NCBI GenBank assembly: GCA_946965045.2 | Contig: OX337234.1 | Span: forward strand, 1,798,001 to 1,862,000 | Direction of reading: 5' to 3' | Length of the DNA: 64,000 bases | Origin: Epithemia pelagica | Taxonomy: Eukaryota; Protista; Bacillariophyta | Part shown: piece by piece, positions 13,200-25,967 of the stretch | Layout: the number at the start of each line of letters is the position of its first letter | Position numbering within the stretch: position 1 is the first letter of the stretch | Translations under genes and position numbers: made by a program | Notes under the pieces: model-generated | Told to the model about the DNA's origin: nothing | Seen by the model: the letters and a program-made list of their open reading frames with translations, nothing else | The model's database searches: none

Positions 13200-14640
13200 C
13201 TGGGTAGATGGAATGGCGTAGGATTCGTCGACCTCGGAAGGCACAACAGCAGTAACAGTGTCCAGCTTATCGTGGTGATGATCACGCATCTGCTCCATGT
13301 GGTCTGTCTCTGCTTCTTAAAGATGACGATTCTGCTTGGCAAGCTTTGCTTTGGCAATGACCAGCTGTTGTTGAAGCTGAGCATTGTCGTGTCGAAGCTT
13401 TGCACTTTCCTCACTCGTAGCGCAAAGCGCTGCATTCTCGCGACAAAGTTTCTTGTAGACTTTTTGCAGCTTTCGGATTATCTCTGTCGCAGCTGCCATG
13501 GCGAAGGTGGAACTGATTAGCAGTAGGAGAAAGAAAAACACCGCAAAGGGCAACGTCCATTTGGATTTGGCCAGCTCCCATTGGAGTATGAGGATGTTCG
13601 ACAAGACTTCGTTCGACAACACTTCGTAAAACATCATGGTCAATCGTATTTCGTTCGTATGTTGTTTTTGTGCGTGTTGGATTGTTGCGTGTTGTTGTTG
13701 TTGGCGTTTCGTGCTGTTTAGCGATCGGAGACCTTGGAGATTCATCTCCTGTTTAGCCATGGATTTGGATGAATGATTCAATTGCATCAGAATATCCCCT
13801 CTTCCAATACTATAACTATCCTTGTGTTTTGTTACACGTTTGACGCCTTCAATTTCACATGGCTTGTGATTGAGAGACCACATGATTGTAGAGTAGATTC
13901 CACGATTCGGACGATTTGACATTCTCCCAAGTCACGGTTTTGTTTGATCATAGCGTTGATATATTTCTCTTTTCTCAACGTGTGACACATGCGGTGAAAC
14001 AACAATTCTGGGTTGTCTTCATAGCCTTGTCACTTTCGCATGAGCAGATTTGAGTTTTTGTAAATGGAGAAACAGTGGTGAATCTCACTGTGTGCAATTC
14101 AAGAAAGAGTTCGATGAACTACCGTGTAGATTGGTGATCTCTTCTTATTTCTATTCCCTTTCAAATACTGCAAGTCATAATGGCGAAGATATGCTTCTAT
14201 GTGAGGCGAGATATGTTTTCAGTGGGGGTGGGGGAGAAGAGGTGGCGACCATGGAAGAAGGGGTAGAGTTTCGAGGAGTTGATTCGTCCCCCAAAGTCAT
14301 CTCGTTGTCGTGGTCCGGGAGCACAGGTTCAGGCTCAGGCTCATGACGGTCGACTGGAACTGGAGGGGTCTGGTCAGCGTCAAACTCTTCACAAAGCACA
14401 ACAGCAACGTCAAACTCTTCACAAAGCACAACAGCAACAGTGTCAAACTCCTCGTTACAATCGCAAATCTGCTTGATCTCTGTCTCTGCTTCTTCGAGAC
14501 GACGACAATTCTCGCAATGTTTCGTTGCAAGCTTTTCTTTGGCAATGACCAGCTGTTGGAAAGTTTCTCGTTTGGCCCGATTAAGCTTATGGATTGTTTG
14601 AAGGTGCATTTTGTCGATCTTCTCAGCGGAGTTCTGCAAC
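13200..14640 (-). pseudogene. Two paralogous coiled-coil fragments (about 13200-13500 and 14330-14640)
   Basis: Both encode QQLVIAKxKLA...EAET; the DNA CTTTGGCAATGACCAGCTGTTG is shared at about 13348 and 14537. Confidence 0.45.
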
Positions 14641-14979
14641 AGCGGGGTGGTCGTTCGCCCCAGCATCCAGCTGACAGGAAGACAGGAAATAAGGTGGATG
14701 ACTGACATCCTCATCCTAACGTGGATGGCTGACACCCTCATCTTTTTCAACTAATCCTGTTGCAAAAAAGGCTGTACTGCTGCTTTCGACCTCTGTGTAG
14801 TGGCGCCGGAACTGAGGAAACAGCAACAACAACAAGCAGAAAACATCCTTACTTCAAAACTGTTACATGTGTCTTTATCATTTTTAAGATACCCAGTGCC
14901 CATCTCTACCTGGTCTTTATCATTTTTAAGATGCCGAGTGCCTATCTCTACCTGATGCCAGCTATGGTGAACACGATGA

Positions 14980-15340
14980 TGGGTCCTTTCATCATTATAC
15001 AACCTAGGAACATTTTAGTCATGTTGGACATGAAGAATTCCAACCTTTGACGACGCCCATCTGGGGCACGTGTACATCGATGCTAAGACTTGGACGACGC
15101 CCAACTGGGGTACATGGATATCGATGCTAAGACAACGAAAAGCATGTACAAGTTTGTTAACCATTCGTGCAACCCAAACTGCGTGCGTCGTTGGTGGACA
15201 TCGACCATGGACGACGGTGATGATGAAATAGAGCATCTGTCAATTGTCGCTCGTAGACCAATAGCAGAAGGAGAGGAGCTGACTATGCGTTATACATGAC
15301 AGACCGGCCAATGTCATTGCTTGTCTTGCGAACCAGTGTC
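14980..15340 (+). pseudogene. SET-domain (histone lysine methyltransferase) fragment
   Basis: IDA...KFVNHSCNPNC...IVARRPIAEGEELTMRY, then a stop and a post-SET-like QCHCLSC. The ...ATCGATGCTAAGAC segment is internally duplicated, and the N-terminal part is degenerate. Confidence 0.8.
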
Positions 15341-16604
15341 AAGTTACCCAATGACGCGTCACATTTGAAACGTATTGTGCTTTGCAATGGAAGAACTCAT
15401 AAAGGACCATATCAGAAACCTGGGTCAGGAAGCCACGTTTGAACATTTTTTCTTGGACTGCTACTGGTGTCCCGGTAAGTAGGTAAGAAAAAAATTATCA
15501 ATCTTGAAGAAATTGAAAGAGCTACATTCGCTGCTTTCTGCCACAGGCTCCATTGTCCTTCCGGCGTCAAACGATATTGTGGAGCTACTGGTCGAGAATT
15601 TGTGGCAGTTGCTTATAGAACGACAATAAAGGACCTCTCGACGGGATTAGCACCGGAGCGATCAACAAACAAACAGACATCCTCGCCGACAACAAAAAGA
15701 ATAGCAGAAAATATCATCCATGTGAACAGATTCTGTATTCAAACAGAAACAGGTGACAATGGAATAACCAAAGTCCCTGTCAACGTGTGCCTATAGATAA
15801 CAGTTTTTTCGAAAAGACAAAGTGAGAAAAAAGTGGTCTGCATCAAATCTTTCTTTTCTTGACAATGGGATGGGTCAAAGCTGGGATCTTCCTCTTCTTG
15901 GCAATGGGATGGGTAAAGCTAGAGAAATGAAAAAGGTCTCCTGCCAAACAATGAGAACGAAGCCAGGGTGTATCTGTCCATTGTCGGAAAACCTTCTCAA
16001 GAAACCGAACGTGCAAGTATAAAATGTCTTTTTGGGAATCAGTGACCAATGTCACATTGGAGTCTACTATCAGACCAGGACAAGCTTGGTGGGTGATTGT
16101 TCCATTAGTGACATCTTTATCCCCTTTATCCCCTTTAGACATTTCCACAGTACGGCGTTTGCCACAATGCATTGTCTGGTGTACTTTGCTTCCAAGATGG
16201 TTAAAGACAGAGACAACATTGGCGGAAAGATGGTTTGGGAAATGACAAGAGCTAGGGACTCGAAATAAGGTGGGGAATATGTTTTCTTTATAAAGCAATA
16301 GAGACTCCAATGGTGCTAAAACGGCATCTGAGTCACTTGGCCTGGTGGTTGAACTTTGGGGACCAAAGAATATCTTCTGCAAAGAAAGTTGTGACACAGC
16401 GAAAGCTGTAGAAACAGTTTCTTGGTTGTCAAAGTGATAAAGACGTTGCTTCTGTTTTTTCCTTTTTCTTGCGGGTATATCGTTGATGATTTACAGGATT
16501 GAAATGGGCAAGGAAGGGTAAAGATACCTTGTAAATCTGGGTACAGTGTGAACAGAGAGCTTTCTTGTTTTTTGATTTAAAGGAATACACAACCTTGTCG
16601 AAGG

Positions 16605-16912
16605 CATCATCATCAACAGCTTGTCTCATTTACCCTGATGTAAATGTACAGGGGTTGGGGTCGGTAAGCCTGGTGGCTAGCCCGCCAGAGATCATTCTGG
16701 GATGGAAAATTCGCAAGCTGTTAGATGAATGATGTTTGCAGGATGAGGCATCATCAACAGTGTGTCTCATTTGCCCTTACGTAAACGTACAAGGGTTGGG
16801 GTCAGTAAGCCTGGTGGCTTGCCCGCCAGATAGCCCACCAGATAGCCCGCCAGAGATCATTCCACGATGGAAAATTCTCACACTGTTAGATGAATGGTGT
16901 TCGCAGGATGAC
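16605..16912. repeat. About 140-bp imperfect tandem duplication
   Basis: GCATCATCAACAG..TCTCATTT..GGGTTGGGGTC..TAAGCCTGGTGGCT..GCCCGCCAGAGATCATTC..CTGTTAGATGAAT occurs twice. Confidence 0.85.
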
Positions 16913-16977
16913 AACATACTTGGCATACTTGGTAAAATACCAGACTGATTGTGGACAGTTGGGGGAGACCTATAATT

Positions 16978-17052
16978 CATTCTTGTAAAAGTCATTCTTG
17001 TAAAAGTCATTCTTGTAAAAGTCATTCTTGTAAAAGTCATTCTTGTAAAAGT
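16978..17052. repeat. 15-bp minisatellite x5
   Basis: CATTCTTGTAAAAGT, five perfect copies. Confidence 0.97.
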
Positions 17053-17374
17053 TTTTGCTGGTACATAACAAATTTGTTGGGAAATGATGCCTAAAATGGT
17101 GGCAAAGTCATCACGAATTCTTTGGCTGAAACAGTAAAGTTTTAGTATCCCTCCTTATTGAATCAATTTCAATAAGTCAAGTCTGTGAACCAGCACAACA
17201 CACAAAACAATCAAACAGTGAATGGTCAAAACGCAACAACAACAACAACAACAAGAAAAGCATCAACGTAACAACGTATCAACTTACTTTTCTGTTTCGT
17301 GCAGACATCATATAGAACAGAGCAATTTGCATCTCGTCGTAGTTTTCATTGCCCTTCAATTAGGCAAAGTTTGG

Positions 17375-17535
17375 GTTCTACGGCTGCTCTCATTAGCTTC
17401 CACTTCGCGATGCACCACAACAAACAAGAAATCCTATCACAGCTACATAGGCAAGGCAAGCATGGGTGTCTGGGCATTCAGAAAGTTTCGGCCATTTGTG
17501 CTTGGTCGTGAGTTCACGTGGATGACCCATGCGTG
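17375..17535 (+). mobile_element. Ty3/Gypsy RNase H relic
   Basis: SRCTTTNKKSYHSYIGKASMGVWAFRKFRPFVLGREFTWMT matches the Gypsy RNase H pattern E..YHS..GE...G.WA..K.R.Y..G..F.W.TD. Confidence 0.7.
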
Positions 17536-18189
17536 TAAAGAAGTGGGACATACTGATGAACAATATTATGAACAATATAATGAACAATATTATGAACAAT
17601 GGAATCTTCACCAACTTTGATCAAAAGGAAACTCATGGTTGTGATCCATCAAGGATGATCTCTTCGCTGACGGTGTGGGAGTTGGAGGTGGTTTACGAGT
17701 TATCCGAGGGAGGGGCTTTGTTCTGTTTCATATTCTTGGTTGCTGCTGAAAACTCTGCAAACTCTGCCAAGCTGACTTTGTCTGGTATCACGCCAAGCTC
17801 GTTCAAGTACGAGAGCCCTGATGCTCTGATTCTGATTCTTACACTTGGCCAACGCTGTTGGACATGCCGCCAAAGTTTTGATCCTTCGGCTCCAACAACT
17901 GAAGGGTTTGAGTCGCAGAGACTCCAAAGGTCGAAGGTGTCTCGAGTCTTCTTCAAATGTATCGAGGTGAAGACATACATCCTTTCATCCATGGTTTGCT
18001 TCCTTGACCCGTATACATGTAATCCTCGTACAGGGAATCAGGGATACTAGGTCTTACTTTCTTATACTCAGCACCAGTGAACTGATCACAAACAAAACAC
18101 ACCCAGGGAGAAGTTATGTTATTCTATGTACAATACAGAGAAGACATTCTTCTATTAATTCTGTGGAAGGACATGTAGTGGTAAACCAT

Positions 18190-18582
18190 GTGGGCTTGTC
18201 TGCAGGTACCCCTGAGTTAGTTACATATGCATCCTCGTCCTACCTAAATGCGCCTTCATGGGAGACCTTTATCAAGCAACAACAGGGTCCGAGTGATCTA
18301 GTGAAAAGGTGGGCAAAATTCAAGATCCAGCAGCACACTTTCTTGGCGGGAGCCCCTGTCCAGTTGAAAACACAACCGTGGACTCAAAAACAAGTGGACT
18401 AGTGCATCACCCAAGCAGCCCATACCTCTGCACAGGAGTATGTTGACTTTCTCTTCGAGATGTTCAAAGACATGATGACGAAAGGTCAGTGGACGGTACT
18501 CCCAGCCGACCTAGTGCGTCCTCTGGGAGTTGTCCCCGAGCGGGAGAGGCGGACCCGTACCATCTGTGACTACACCTTTCAC
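18190..18582 (+). mobile_element. DIRS/Ngaro-type (tyrosine-recombinase retrotransposon) RT relic
   Basis: The frame continues past the TAG at 18400: AHTSAQEYVDFLFEMFKDMMTKGQWTVLP..RPLGVVPERERRTRTICDYTF. This matches the N-terminal RT pattern of Ngaro/DIRS-like elements (SP.GVVP.R.RRPR.I.DYS). Confidence 0.7.
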
Positions 18583-19577
18583 TCTTGCATTTAGTCTACA
18601 CCTTGGAAATGATGAACCCTGGAGACTGGGGGGGGGGGGAGCTCTGGACTCGTCTTGTTCTTCATTTGACTCTTCTTGTTTGTGTTAGAATTTTGCCCTG
18701 TCCAATGATCCCTGGTGTAAGTGGCTTCAGCTGTACCAACCTGAAATGATCCCTGGTGTAAGTGGCTTCAGCTGTACCAACCTGAACCCTGGTCCGACAT
18801 GTTCTTGGTACTGCTTGGTTGACACACCAAAGCATTTGAGGTGAGGCTTTGAAATCAGGTCAAGAGCAATTTCACTGACAGGTTGACCACTGCGAAACTC
18901 CGGATAGTGTTGACTTGCTCGCTTTTCGAAATGAGTTTTGCGTGTCTTGAGCCGAAACTTTCTGTTTTTTTGCTTAGTGCAAATCTAACCGGTTTTGATG
19001 TTCTTGACAAGGTTTGCTACACATTCAAATCAAGAAACATTCAAATCAAGAAACAACATTTTGTTCCCATTCAAGAATAACCACCAATAAAAACAAACAT
19101 AGAGGTTGCAAAACAACAGGTGCACCAAGTCCAGTGCTGTTGGCACAAACTGAAAGGATGGTAGTAAGCCTGTGGATGCCTGTGGATAACTTGATTTCAA
19201 TGGGGACTTCTCTTATGAATGCCAGCAACAATGTATTTAAAATCAACAGCAACAATATATTCAAACTCAGCATATGTAGTGTTGGTAAAGTTCCAGAAAA
19301 GAGATGACAAGTTTTCCAGTAGCCAATGTCTGGGGTGTGATTCATTAGGTTGGATAATTGTCACAATTTTTGGTTCTTTGTTTCAGAAAAGGGGCAACAA
19401 ATATGTAGCAGGGAGAGGAGAAGCAAAAATTTCCTGTTACACATAAATTGCCATGTCACAGTTTTTGGTTCTTTGTTTCAGAAAAGGAGCAATAAAGACG
19501 TAGGAGGGAGAGGAGAAGCAAAAATTTCCTCTTTAACATAAATTGCCATGCATGCATGTACATTGTTGAGGTTCTTA

Positions 19578-19717
19578 TGCTAAAATTTCGCGGTAAATCA
19601 AAACTATAATATCTTTCACATCTACTTGGGAACTTTCACACATTCGCTTATTCCCTCACATTTTGGCGACGTGGCTCGCCCGGCTATTTTAGCCGTTTGG
19701 CACCCGTTATTTCAACA
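19578..19717 (-). repeat. 3' LTR of Copia-1
   Basis: TGCTAAAATT...TTTCAACA. The adjacent CTCCTCTC (19718-19725) is the PPT GAGAGGAG on the minus strand. Confidence 0.97.
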
Positions 19718-19862
19718 CTCCTCTCAAGGCGGAACTACCCTGTGTAGTTTCGTCTTGTCATAGCTGGTGCCTTGTTAGTTTCTTCCAGTTTAGGATGGTT
19801 CACATCTTGTTACATCCACCCTCACACAGTGGTTCAATGTTGTATCTACTCCACTGATTGAC

Positions 19863-22800
19863 TCACTCTGCATTAGATCCGAAGATGTGATGCAGCAGAT
19901 TGCGCACAAATCCATTTCTCTTTTCACCGTTTGGCAACCGTTTCGTAAGAAGGTCCGCTTCGTTGTTGTGCGTGTTTACATAGGTTGTCCTCCATTCATC
20001 CCGCGCTGATCCCTCACGAACAAAGTGAAAGGCTATGCTTTGACTCTTTTTCTTCAATGTGGAATCGGGAATGGTGGTATTGGCTAGGACTGACTGGTTG
20101 TCGCCATATATGAGCGCTGGCCCATCACATGGTATTCCCAGCATCCTCAATTTGTAACGAAGTCCTCTCAGATATTCACAACATTGCTTCATCGCAATGA
20201 ATTCTGAACCAAAAGATGAAGATTCGACACTTGTCTGCTTCTTGCTCCACCAATGCACAAGTGCACTGTTTAGATAAACAAGAAAACCAGTCCGTGAGCG
20301 CCTTGTCACGGTATCCGACGCGTGATCTGCATCGACTTTCGCTCGGATAACGAAACCTTGTCCTCTGGGCTCAGGCATATTCGGCGGTAACTCTTCCTTC
20401 CCATCAATGTGCCCAAACTCGGACGCTGTCCAATCCTTTCGCTCGAAATCACTCTCTTCCACTACGGGATCAGACGGATCGTATACCAATTCCGTATTGT
20501 GATACTTCTTCAGATAAGAGAAGATTTGGAGGACCTGACAAAAGTGGCCTTCTCTCGGCAATGCAAGATGGGATGAGAGGAGTGACACTTCCAGACAGAT
20601 ATCAATTCTTCCCAACTCAACAATCCACCTCAGCACCCCAATCAGGGACTGGTAGTACGATGCCAATTTTGGTGTCAATTTGGGCGTCACGTCGAGCTCT
20701 GGTCGATATGTTGATTGCATTGGGGTGTCTGCCTTAGCTGGTAGCTTCCACCTCTGGTTTTCTTCTCGACCAAGGTACTCCTCAACATTTCTTACGGCCG
20801 CTTGGACGTACTGCGATGAACTAAAGGCCCATGCCTTTACCCCATTATCCAGTGTGACTTTTCGGACTCGACCACCAAGGTAGAGCGTGGGAGGTCCAAC
20901 TGACTCTTCTTTCAGCTCAAAGTATCGCCCGATCTCATCACGTAGAATGCGTTCAGCGTTCTCGCTCACCACGAGCGCATCATCGACATATAGTAGCACA
21001 TACTCATAATAGGTTGCTCCATCCGACTTTTCAGCTGGCCTCATCCATACATCAGGGTCGGCTGGGCAGGACTGGAACTTTAGGTGATGCATGCAGGAGC
21101 GCAGATGGTTCCTAAAGTCCTTTCCCGCCGTTTTTCCCCCATACAATGCTCGATGTATGAGTGCCACACGGCCGACGTTTTCGAGTCCGAACTCAGGACC
21201 ACATATCACATAATCCTTCTGGGACGACGGAGCTTGGAGATATGCATTGCGGATGTCAGCCGCAAACACATCCAACCCATTCAGTGCTGCATATGTGAAC
21301 GCTATGCGGACACTTTCTCGAGACACAACACCAGCAAAGGTTGACCCTATAGGATCGGGGCACTTGTGGCCATCAAGTACCCACCTTGCCTTTCTCGTGA
21401 AGTCCATCTTCACGTCCCATACAAGATGGCCAGACGCATGATTCCAACCAGGCGGCGCCTTTTGTCCCTCATCAAGAACTTCAAACGCCACTCCCACATT
21501 GTACATTTCCTTGGCTAATGCGTCCATCCACATCGTGTTTCCATTGCGTCTATCGAGTTCCTTTGCGTGTTCTACCGATGCCGGTACTTAAATCCCATAT
21601 TTATGCGTCGTTTTCCGTACACGGGTTTTGACAGCTGCAATGATGGCATCTCTCTTCTTAAGGGTGTACGGAACCCACCAGCAGAAGGCAGCCTCATCGT
21701 CAATTCCCTTTGCCTTTGCATACTCTGCTGTCTCAACAGGATGGGATTCCTTCATTTCGGAGAGCTTGATCCAGGACTCGCTCTCGTCCTTCCATCTGAT
21801 TAGGAGTTTCCATCCAGCTGTGGATTTCCGGAGCCTCCTCTGTCCAGATCGTGTTATGATATATTTTTCGTTCTTTGGGACGGCAACAGCGTCGTCCCGT
21901 CTGTGGTCTACTATCCCTTCCATGATCGTTGTGCTGAACCCTTTGGAGTCTACCTGAGTGAGCATGTTCTCCGCTATCAGGTTGGCCGAGTATTCTCGCA
22001 CTTGCCCATCGGCAAACTCAACTTCGTAAATCATGGAGTTCAGAAATGGGTTGTGGTCATACTTCCCAGTGACCTTTCCATCGGGTCCCAATGCCCGTCA
22101 CGTCACTTTGCCCGTGCGATATTCTTCACCCAGCTGCATTTGTACTTCTGCTTGGAGCAGTCGATCATACGCTGGAAGTTGGTTGAGAAGGCGTCCATTG
22201 GTGTCCACCATGTCTTCAATTTCAGGGACTGGGCGCGAGGGTTCGTCATCGTCCTCGTAGTTTTCAAATTCGTCGTCATTGGGTTTTGAGATTTTGGGAG
22301 GCGGGCTGGTCGATGTCCCGTATCTCCTCTCGATCAGTTCGTCGAACAACTGTCGCTTCTTGATCTCGGTGGGACTGTACTCCTCTGAGGCGTGGAGGGG
22401 GCGAACAGAGCGTCGTGGCACGACTCGTCCATTCGCCTTTAATACCCACTGAGCCATTTCATTTCCTTCACCTCGTGCAGGGCCTAGCACGCGACCAAGT
22501 ACCTCTTGGTTGTGGGGAAATGCAGCCGTATGCTCCCCACAGTAACACCACTCGTACCATTTATACTGACAGAGGTTCGAGATGTCGCCTTCCTCTCCCA
22601 TTGTCATGGTGTAAGGGTTGGTTCCGCGAATCTTCGGATGATCCCGTGCAGTCAGGTTATAGATCCGCACCCGTCGTTCAAGACAGTAATCCCAGAATGG
22701 TAGAGGGGAATGGGATTCCCGCATATCCTTTCGGACGGCTTCTTTCATTAGCTTAATATATAAATCCGCCTTATTGGACCATGGTGTCCCTTCTTCCAAG

Positions 22801-24356
22801 GCTCGGAGAGTTGTGCCAATGTCATTCAGGAAGAGCTTGACATCGGGTTTCATTTGCTCGCCTGACATATCGCAAATAATGGCTTGTGGTGCACCGATTT
22901 CCTTAGCAAACTGCTTTACCGCGTACATCACTTCTGATTTGCGTTTCAGTGGTACCAAGTAGATGAAGCCTTTATCCGTAACAAATAATTGACAGCAAGT
23001 GTTCCCACGCGACGATTTCCCACCTTTACTGGTTGCAAACAGCGTATCCATGAAGAAGTAATCATTTATTCTTCGATACCTCAGCATCCGATCGTTGGTC
23101 CCATAGTTCTGCGATAAACTAGGGTCCATTGGCCTCATGCTGTTCTGCGTGGTTGCTGCCAACGTCCGTGTCGCATCTTCATGACTGATGCGCCAGATTT
23201 TGGACAGATGTGCCGCGTCCACTCCTCGTGGGTTGCTGGCGTCGACGGCTGATGACATAAAGATGTTGTCCAGGTCGTCGGACGTTTCCAATTCCATCCA
23301 GTCATTCTTGTCGAGTTCATCATTGCTCCCATCACTTTGCTCCTCTGAGGACGATGCATCTGTCACAATCAAAGGGTCGTCGTCATATGGGGCCGTCAAT
23401 TCACCAATGCCTATGGCGTCATATCCAAATTCAGCTCTTTCCTCCATTGCTCTTGCCATGTTGGATTCGGATAGCGTTGAAGAGATAACAGATAGGTGGT
23501 TTGTCAATTTGTCCCAGCCATCTACACTCCGTGCATCCATTTGAGCTCGGCATTGACACACGCCGTCGATTGCTTCGGTTTCCATTGATGATATGGTGTA
23601 CCGACCGTGCTCGTCCTTGTCGTCAGGTATATCATCAATAATCACAGTTACTCAGTCTCTTGGTTCACGCATATTGCCTACCCAGTCCAACATATTGGCC
23701 TCATTTGCCGCATATGCATCGGAGTGAGGATTCCAAATTGTTGGGGTAAGGACGTATGTGTCAAGACCAGCCATCAGATCGTCCTCCGATGGTCGTTGGG
23801 TGGAGAAAAATGAAAAGACTCCCCACAAGGATAGTTGAATCCGAAACCCCGTCGTCGGGAACACTACCGCATGGTCATCGGTTGTCGGATCTACCGTGTG
23901 GATTTTAGGCTTGTCATTGACAATGATGCCTGCCTCTCGCATGAGGAATGGTGGTATGAGATTATGTTCCATTGCCTTCACATATATCGCATTTCTCACC
24001 ACTAGTATGTAAGTTTTGCCCTCATATGGGCAGTCATATTTCAATGCGGCATCAACCAATTCTGCCGTAGTCGTGGAATAGTCGGGCGAGAACGGGCTCA
24101 CGTCCACCGTTCTTCCGGTCCAATTCAGGACGTAAACGTTCCGTCCAACCACGGGCATGTTGGCATGGCTGTCGAGTTCCGTTCTGCAACCGCCATCGGT
24201 TGACATCTCTTCCATGTCGTCATGAGTCATATCACTTGCAGCCACGAGAGCCGTAAAGTGTTGTTGGGAAATTTGAATTTTTCCAGGATCCCAAGTTGTT
24301 GTGTCCGGCTGCAGTGATTGTCCTCCTCCTCGTGACGTCGTGGAGGAGATGTTCAC
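19863..24356 (-). pseudogene. pol: Copia-1 pol (protease, integrase, RT, RNase H) with three in-frame stops
   Basis: Protease ELDSHAN; integrase MDT...ICD...NKAD (Asp where the catalytic Glu is expected); RT RKARWV, DIRNAYL, YVDD; RNase H DADHA, SEF, GDNQS, ADLLTK. In-frame TGA at 23652 and 22098, and TAA at 21588. Confidence 0.95.
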
Positions 24357-24368
24357 CGCCGGACCTCG

Positions 24369-25910
24369 TCAGGCCTTTGCCTGTTTTAAGATGGAGCGCA
24401 GGGTGACTTTGGGTTTGGGTTTGTCATCAGCTTTGGGCTTCGTTTCATCGAGTTGTTGCGCCACTGCTGCCTGTACGAGGCTGGCAATATTGGCTTCTTC
24501 ATCTTCGGCCTTTGACTCCTCTTGAACCAATTTCTTTAGTTCCTTAGCAATCACCACTGCGATCTGCTTTTTCGTCCCTTTGAATCGCTTATTGCCGCCA
24601 GAGGTGTTGTCAGAGTCCTTTTTAGGCGGCGGGTTCTTCGTCCGCCACTCTCGTAATTCGTCCTTTTGCTCTTTCGACAATCCACGGTACTCATGGCTTT
24701 GCGTTTCTTCGCTGTCGCAGTTGCACTGGAGGCTTGGGCCGTCGGGTCATCATCGATCCCTTCAGCAGCATCAACCGCGGAGATTTGAGAGGATCCACGT
24801 TTATTCGTCGCCGTTGCGCGGCGTTTGGCCACTGGATCGTAAGGCAATAAATGAGCTGCCGCTCTTTCGAAGTCATTTCGCATTCCAGTCGGGCCGTCGT
24901 CGGTCCGAAAACTGGCCATGGCAGCTTGCAGACCAGCATCCGAGCACTGGATGCCCTCTAAGAGATAGCTCACTCTTGTGAATTTGGGAGTTGATACTCC
25001 ACATGGGCAGCACATTGCTGCATCGAAACGAAGGCATTTCTGTGCTGCCCAATGAAACCTTCTAAAGGAAAGTTGGATTGTCCCTTCCAAATCCTGGTAT
25101 GTAGAAGGTCGTCTTGCTTCTTCAATTCGGCCTCCCACTTGTCCTTTCCAGCGTATTGGTTGGTTAGAGCCAACCATGCTCCCCTTCCATCCTTGCCGCG
25201 TTGGAATGGTTTGATCGAAGCTGCATAGACAGTCCCTCGTGTCGCCTCTTCCAAATGGTAATAGACTGCCGCGTTGTCGTCGCGATACAATTCATGGGCA
25301 TGAGAGGCTCGGGCAATCAATTCTCCCTCAACGGATCCATGTTCTTCCGAATGTGGCTTATTCGTCACAAGGGCTGGGGCAACAACAGGGACATCCACAG
25401 TTGCTCGCGTGACGTAAGCCAGTGGAATGGTCCGAACACCGATAACTCGATAGACGAAATCGTGGAAAGCTTCCGACCACTTGATAATTGGTAGAGCCTT
25501 GCTAATCTTGGGCACCTCAGGAACATCGTCGTCCTTCCTACGGGCCTGTAGGGCCTTCCACTGTACTTCAAAATTTCGAGATTCGCAGCAGTCATTTCAC
25601 GGTCCGTTGTATTGTAGTAACGAACGATTTCGCATGCTACGCTCAAGCGGTGTTGGGACTTGGCCCCGAAAATGAACGGTGGTGTCGGTATCGTTGCACC
25701 AGGAGCCACTCCGGGGTTAGGATCAGGGATTCGCCCTGCCGGTTTCCTGAGGTTGTCAGCCAATTGCTGCAAAGATTCCTTGTCGAAATCGGCTAGATCC
25801 GCGACAACTGCGATACCTTCCACTTGAAGTTGGACAACCGTTGCGTGTGGGATGCCCATTTGGGCCGGTTGTTCAAAGAACGCTGTCGTCTGCGCTGCAG
25901 TAAGTACCAT
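24369..25910 (-). pseudogene. gag: Copia-1 gag with three frameshifts
   Basis: MVLTAAQTTAFFE..., PLAYV, GDKWEAEL-like (GKDKWEAELKK), CSDAGLQAAMA, PYDPVAK and LRSILKQAKA. The frame changes near 25580, 24985 and 24705. Confidence 0.9.
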
Positions 25911-25967
25911 TGTCGTCAATCAATCTTTGTACTGCACGTGAAAAACTCGCCAATGGGTCTGATAAAC

